Virus record (IMG/VR): IMGVR_UViG_3300029183_000032
Location: 1 to 28,339 of that record
Origin: a virus
Taxonomy: Duplodnaviria > Caudoviricetes
Length of the DNA: 28,339 bases
Reading direction: 5' to 3' (one strand)
The translations under genes and the position numbers were made by a program. Below are positions 23,652 to 28,339 of the stretch, one piece after another. Below the pieces are notes generated by a model. That model had not been told where the DNA came from. It did not search any database and saw only the letters and a program-made list of their open reading frames with translations. Numbering within the stretch: the first letter of the stretch is position 1; each line of letters begins with the position of its first letter.

Positions 23652-25280
23652 TTATTGGTTAAATGATTGAGCCTGCGCGATATCCTTGATTGAACTGGCT
23701 ACAGATGGAGCAGCCTCGACAGCCGCTGCAAGCTCTTGTTGCTGCTGTCTTCCATTGCGGATTGCCTCTTTCTGCTCATCTGAAAGGAATAATCTTGAAG
23801 GTGCGCCGTTCGCATCCCCGATAATGTCTATGTATTCATCCAGATCGAAGTTATCCATGATGGTCGGATCAAGCTCTACAAGCGGGATTGCTGCATCGAT
23901 TGTCCGTTGTGTGGCAAGCGCTTCTTCCGATTTCTGCATTCTGTTCAAAGGTGAGGTGTATTCGATCTCTATCTCTCCCCCCGCCTCTCTCAGAATATCA
24001 GGCATCGGTAATGCACCGTCCTCATCAAACACGCCGTTAAAGTCCAGAATATCAATCTCGCGCTCAATCATTGGCCCAAGAGCTTCTGATTGCTGCCTGC
24101 CCATTGTTGGCGAGAGTAGCGCTCCTTTTTCCTGTGCGCGTTGTAAAACCTCTGTGGCTGTCATTGAGGGGCTTTCAACAAGGATCTGAAATAAAGTTAC
24201 AAGGAATGTGTCATTAATCACTTCCCTTGATTGCTCAATCACATCGTTTGATAAGCTGCCTTTGTAATTATTCTCAAATGGTTTGGCCCTAAAGTTCCCA
24301 TTATCATCCAAAGCGCCATAATTGATATGCCTTGGCTTCATGTGCATCTTGCGCACAGCAAGCTCATCAGACGCTGCAATTGGTGGGTCAATCGCCATAT
24401 GCCGCGCTCTCAAATCACTCTTGCGCATGGCATTGAGCATCTTAATCTCTGCCAATGCTGTCATAGCTGGTGAGCGCCCATAAACCTCACAAGGCGCTGT
24501 CACATAACGCGAGACAATAAACGGGAATGTACGGAAATATCCCGTTCCCAATAATCTGCGCCCCTCAACACTCACATGCGTTGAAATAAACTTCCAATGT
24601 CTCGGAGTGCGCGAACCCTCGATATAGTCAGGATTAAGCTTCACACACTGGATAAACCAGAATTTTTGCGATGGGTTCTTTTCAAGAGCATTCAATATGG
24701 CTTGTGGCAGATCCGCACTGGGAAACTTTTGCCTTGCCTGAAACGCTGTCAGCCTGTATTTCCGGTAATCTGTCTCAATCAGGCCGTTGGAGTTTTCAAG
24801 AAAGTGATGCTCCGATAGGTGAGAAGATTTATAGCGCGTTCCCATCCCAGGAATATCTTCAAGCACCAAGACCCCAGTACCAAAGGCCCCCAGTGACATG
24901 TAATTCTCATGCTGCTGAGAGGCAAAATTAGCTTTAGGCCTGTATCTGAGCGAAAAGAGTACATCAGTCAGATCATCCAAAAAGGTTGTGACCTCATGAT
25001 TTTCATTCAGATCCTTATCCGAAGTTCTCAGCTTGTGCCATTGTGATGACCGAGGCGTAAGAATAGATTCCATTGCCGCAGAAAACCGCTCAAGCGCGAG
25101 TGAAGCCGTATCATCATATTTCTTTGAGTTACGCTTCTCGCCCTGCCGTTTCTCCTGCGAAAAGAAATCGTCCTGCCTTGTCAGAACAAGAGGCGCTACC
25201 TCAGCCCAATGATCTTCAAATGTCGAGCGTTCACGGGCTAATGAGTCCGTGACATCAATAATCTCAGTGGCTGTTTCCAT
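23652..25280 (-). CDS. Portal / head-to-tail connector
   Basis: 542 aa; AFGTG, EVYGRSPA, MTATEV..R..E....L.P..GR.Q.E.LGPMIER and IEYTSPL motifs. Confidence 0.92.
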   Translation of the reverse strand: METATEIIDVTDSLARERSTFEDHWAEVAPLVLTRQDDFFSQEKRQGEKRNSKKYDDTASLALERFSAAMESILTPRSSQWHKLRTSDKDLNENHEVTTFLDDLTDVLFSLRYRPKANFASQQHENYMSLGAFGTGVLVLEDIPGMGTRYKSSHLSEHHFLENSNGLIETDYRKYRLTAFQARQKFPSADLPQAILNALEKNPSQKFWFIQCVKLNPDYIEGSRTPRHWKFISTHVSVEGRRLLGTGYFRTFPFIVSRYVTAPCEVYGRSPAMTALAEIKMLNAMRKSDLRARHMAIDPPIAASDELAVRKMHMKPRHINYGALDDNGNFRAKPFENNYKGSLSNDVIEQSREVINDTFLVTLFQILVESPSMTATEVLQRAQEKGALLSPTMGRQQSEALGPMIEREIDILDFNGVFDEDGALPMPDILREAGGEIEIEYTSPLNRMQKSEEALATQRTIDAAIPLVELDPTIMDNFDLDEYIDIIGDANGAPSRLFLSDEQKEAIRNGRQQQQELAAAVEAAPSVASSIKDIAQAQSFNQ

Positions 25281-25510
25281 TAACCACCTAACAATTTCTT
25301 AGTGGCCAGTCCGCTTGAATCATCACCCTGTACACCCTGCGCACCCGTCAGGATTGTTGCGCCTCTTCCCTGCTGGCTGGCTATTTTCTGGCGCTGTTTC
25401 TTTTTGGTTTCGCTGCCTTCTTTATTCACATCCTCAGGCTTTGGTGGTGGCTTAGGCGGTGGTGGTAACTTAGGCTTGTCGGGTTTTATAATCTTTCCAA
25501 TAGATCCCAT
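25280..25510 (-). CDS. Small Pro/Lys-rich virion protein upstream of the portal
   Basis: AAGGAGG RBS before ATG 25510; PPPP, GR.ATILTG..G and KKLLGG pattern. Confidence 0.75.
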   Translation of the reverse strand: MGSIGKIIKPDKPKLPPPPKPPPKPEDVNKEGSETKKKQRQKIASQQGRGATILTGAQGVQGDDSSGLATKKLLGG

Positions 25511-25520
25511 AAGGGCCTCC

Positions 25521-27074
25521 TTAATGTGCGAACTCGTCGTAATCTGTTTCTGCCGATTGCGGCTGTGGTGGTAAATGTTGGTGCCCACCAATCATTTCCA
25601 TCTTGCGGTCTTTGTCTCCCATAGCGAATGTACGGAAAGCGTCCGAGCCGTTGGAAGCAGTGTTGTGTAGCGGTTTGTCCTGAAAGCCGGAGCCTTCAAC
25701 CCATTTCTTACGGTATGCGCTCAGATGCTTGATCCCTTCAGAGCATCCAGCCTCATCAAATGTGCAGCGCTTTAACGTTGGTCGGCATTGATTTCGGATG
25801 TCTGTAAAAACATCCTTTGTCCTTGTAACGATTGATATGGGCCTTATGCCGACCTTTTGCGCTTCTTTCTTCGCGCTCGTTACCTCTCCGGCCATAATTC
25901 TTGTTGTGCCATCATGCGGTAAATTATGATGGTTGTAGGTATATCCTAGGCTTGTGAGATACTGCGCGTAATGCGCCCATCCCTCATCAGCGCATTCGTA
26001 GTAATGAATAAATCTGTATTCAAGGCCGATATGCTGCATGAACCAGATAGCGGTTTCATCATTTAAACCCAGATCCCACCATGTCGAGACAGGCAGACTT
26101 GGCTCGTAAGGGAAATAACCAATGCGCTTGTTCTTGCGCAGATACGCTATTTCCTTTGTGTAGATACAGCCTTCCATTGAGGCTTCGAAAGCTTCCTCCG
26201 GCGTGGAAGGAAACTCTCGCTTCATCAATTCGCCTTGCAGCGCTTCTTTCTTGATGTACCACGCTTTTTGTCCGGGCGTTAACTCTATTCCATGCTCGAT
26301 CATAAGCTTGTGGAAATACTCAGCCATCTCCTTTGTGACAACCGTATTATCACAATCTTCTTGGCCCAGTGTATAGCCTTCATGCTCAAACCACGGATAG
26401 AAATGGAACTTCGGGTCCATGGCTGTCATGTGAGAGCCTGAATCCTGAAGAGCGCGAGCAGTTTGGACCAGATCAAAGAACTCCCCGGACTGTCCTTCTG
26501 CCGTAGATTCAACAAATATCAACTGGCCAGCATGAACCGCATTCAACGCACCGGATTTAATTTCTGCCGCTTTATCCGGGTGTCTGGCTGCAATCTTCCC
26601 ATATTCGGAAATATGCAGAATTTGCAGCGTATCCCCTCTGTGTGAGGTTCCGGCACCAATTCCTGAGCCAGTAGAAAATTCTATTTCCTCTGTGCTTTCC
26701 TTGGTCTGCGTGATGTCAGCCCGGACATAATCAGGCAAATTGTCATACGCATACTGTATCTTTGCCAGCTTCTTCTTCGCATCAGGCAGTGTTGCGTCAA
26801 TAATCCCGCATTTCTGGTTCTCATTGAACAAACACGCATCAAGCATGTAGATACAGATAAACGTAGAAAACCCAAGCTGACGGGCCTTCAGGATAACATT
26901 GAAGTACCACATCTCTTCATAAAACCTGTCCTGAACACCGCTGCCCCAGTCAGTTTTAAACAACACCTTGTCGCCAGCATCGTTTTTTACATGATAGAGA
27001 TTATTCAGTCGCCAGTGCTTGTCACCCAGCTTTTCCGTCAATATCTGGAAGTCCTTTTGTTTGTCCCGTGACAT
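25521..27074 (-). CDS. terL: Terminase large subunit
   Basis: Walker A LKARQLGFST, Walker B LHISE, coupling motif EST, nuclease motifs WDLG..D, LPHD and DAFR. Confidence 0.95.
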   Translation of the reverse strand: MSRDKQKDFQILTEKLGDKHWRLNNLYHVKNDAGDKVLFKTDWGSGVQDRFYEEMWYFNVILKARQLGFSTFICIYMLDACLFNENQKCGIIDATLPDAKKKLAKIQYAYDNLPDYVRADITQTKESTEEIEFSTGSGIGAGTSHRGDTLQILHISEYGKIAARHPDKAAEIKSGALNAVHAGQLIFVESTAEGQSGEFFDLVQTARALQDSGSHMTAMDPKFHFYPWFEHEGYTLGQEDCDNTVVTKEMAEYFHKLMIEHGIELTPGQKAWYIKKEALQGELMKREFPSTPEEAFEASMEGCIYTKEIAYLRKNKRIGYFPYEPSLPVSTWWDLGLNDETAIWFMQHIGLEYRFIHYYECADEGWAHYAQYLTSLGYTYNHHNLPHDGTTRIMAGEVTSAKKEAQKVGIRPISIVTRTKDVFTDIRNQCRPTLKRCTFDEAGCSEGIKHLSAYRKKWVEGSGFQDKPLHNTASNGSDAFRTFAMGDKDRKMEMIGGHQHLPPQPQSAETDYDEFAH

Positions 27075-27321
27075 GTCTTATGGCCTGTGTTACTAAGTTT
27101 TCGCCTTCAGCATCAAAATCAATAGACAAACCAAGCACAGCCAAATCAGGCAGAGATTTCTTGAGAAGGATCTCCGCTGCCCGGATTTGCGTGGTTTTCA
27201 TCTTGTTTTTACCAAGCACATGATCTTGCAAGGCATTCAGGAGCATACTCGTCTGTATTTTCTCCCTTGTTTTTTCGTCCCAAGGGCGATCTTTGGTACC
27301 CTTGTTTTTACGTGCCGCCAT
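27022..27321 (-). CDS. Terminase small subunit (putative)
   Basis: REKIQ...L...L..H......M..TQIRAAEILL.K.LPDL pattern; directly upstream of terL. Confidence 0.7.
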   Translation of the reverse strand: MAARKNKGTKDRPWDEKTREKIQTSMLLNALQDHVLGKNKMKTTQIRAAEILLKKSLPDLAVLGLSIDFDAEGENLVTQAIRHVTGQTKGLPDIDGKAG

Positions 27322-28004
27322 TAGCTTGCAGTCGTTAGGGTAATCCCGCCATCTGCGTTAGCCTGACCGTTGATGTACCAGCTTGTCCCATCACTGATCA
27401 TTTCGACATAATCGCCTACAACCGCAACACCATCTGCAAAAGTGATGGTATCTGCGTTGGTGTCATAGGGGCCATCATCATTTGTATCAACTTCAAGCTC
27501 GTTAATACCGCCAATAATCACATTGCCGCTTGAGTCTGTAACGACTGTGTAAGAGGCACTAGCTGGCGCGGCCTTGACGACGAATTTGAAATAGCATCCT
27601 GCGGTTGGTGCCGGAAGCGTAGACACAAATTCTGTTGCAGAATTGAGCGTCATTGTCTTGCCGCATTCGGCTGTGGTCAGGGTATTGGTGGCCGTTACAT
27701 CTTCAAAATTCGCTGAAATATCAGCAGCATTATTGATTTCAGTCGCTGTGGCTGTAACACCGTCGAGAATGTTAAGCTCTGCGGCTGTTGACGTTACGCC
27801 GAAGTTTGCATTGAGATCATCCGCGCCAACTTTTTTGAACTCGTCAGCACTGGCATCGTACCTGACCAGAAAATCAGCGGATGCGGCGGCGGTTGTGTCT
27901 TCCGTAAGCTCGTCAACGCTCTTGTGCGTCAGGTCGTAACCATCCGCATAAGCTGGGAATGCAAGCGTTACAAACGCAGCAATCGTGAGTAAATATTTTA
28001 ACAT
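27321..28004 (-). CDS. Signal-peptide-bearing, fibre/spike-like beta-rich protein
   Basis: AAGGA RBS; MLKYLLTIAAFVTLAFPAYA|DGY; AAELNILDGVTATATEIN fibre repeat; TLPAP..G..F.F and SDGT.WY motifs. Confidence 0.75.
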   Translation of the reverse strand: MLKYLLTIAAFVTLAFPAYADGYDLTHKSVDELTEDTTAAASADFLVRYDASADEFKKVGADDLNANFGVTSTAAELNILDGVTATATEINNAADISANFEDVTATNTLTTAECGKTMTLNSATEFVSTLPAPTAGCYFKFVVKAAPASASYTVVTDSSGNVIIGGINELEVDTNDDGPYDTNADTITFADGVAVVGDYVEMISDGTSWYINGQANADGGITLTTAS

Positions 28005-28028
28005 TGGGTTTTCCTTTCGTGGGTTTGA

Positions 28029-28313
28029 TTAACTATCTGCGGCGGTATCGATTTTGTCCGTACCGCCCTTAACCGGGTACTCGACTGTAGTTCCTGATCC
28101 TTGAAAAATGCTCCCTGATCCCCCAGAGGATGCAGAGGGCGAAGAGCCTATGTCGATCCAGCAATCAACTGTGCAATGGATGGCGACATAATCCGTGCCT
28201 GCGTTTGTTGTTGAAGATTCAACAGCAATATCCAGCTCCTGGGTTGTGACATGCGGCCCGTGAATGGGAATGACCTGCCCAACTTGAAACGTATTCGGGC
28301 TGGCATATTCCAT
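28029..28313 (-). CDS. Hypothetical beta-rich phage protein, possibly 5'-truncated
   Basis: The frame stays open to the window edge (FAADEVKV-MEYASP...), so the true start may lie outside the window. Confidence 0.65.
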   Translation of the reverse strand: MEYASPNTFQVGQVIPIHGPHVTTQELDIAVESSTTNAGTDYVAIHCTVDCWIDIGSSPSASSGGSGSIFQGSGTTVEYPVKGGTDKIDTAADS

Positions 28314-28339
28314 GACCTTGACCTCATCGGCTGCAAACG

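Noticed and set aside
1-28339. Alternative genetic code
   Set aside because: Conserved genes are full length under the standard code, and TAA, TAG and TGA all occur at coupled gene ends.

Overview
Partial genome of a temperate, short-tailed (podovirus-type) dsDNA phage, apparently in its excised or virion form. Bases 1-17 match a random-amplification primer. The + strand (to about 5.1 kb) carries tightly coupled small early genes: a 5'-truncated pentapeptide-repeat gene, a Lar-like gene, an excisionase-like gene and a tyrosine integrase. These are followed by an attP whose core is the 3' half of a tRNA-Lys(UUU). The - strand (28.3 to 5.4 kb) is one long late operon: terminase, portal, scaffold, major capsid, tail adaptor and nozzle, ejection proteins (one LPD38-like), tail fibre, HTH-phosphoesterase, lysis cassette and lectin-like/esterase genes. 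The most striking observation is that the tail nozzle, the tail fibre and two or three other virion-type proteins carry classical Sec-type signal peptides placed directly in front of their usual N-termini, while portal, capsid, adaptor and ejection proteins do not. Two intergenic tRNA-like elements ending in NCCA also lie in the early region. Family assignments come from motif recognition and synteny by eye; no searches were run.
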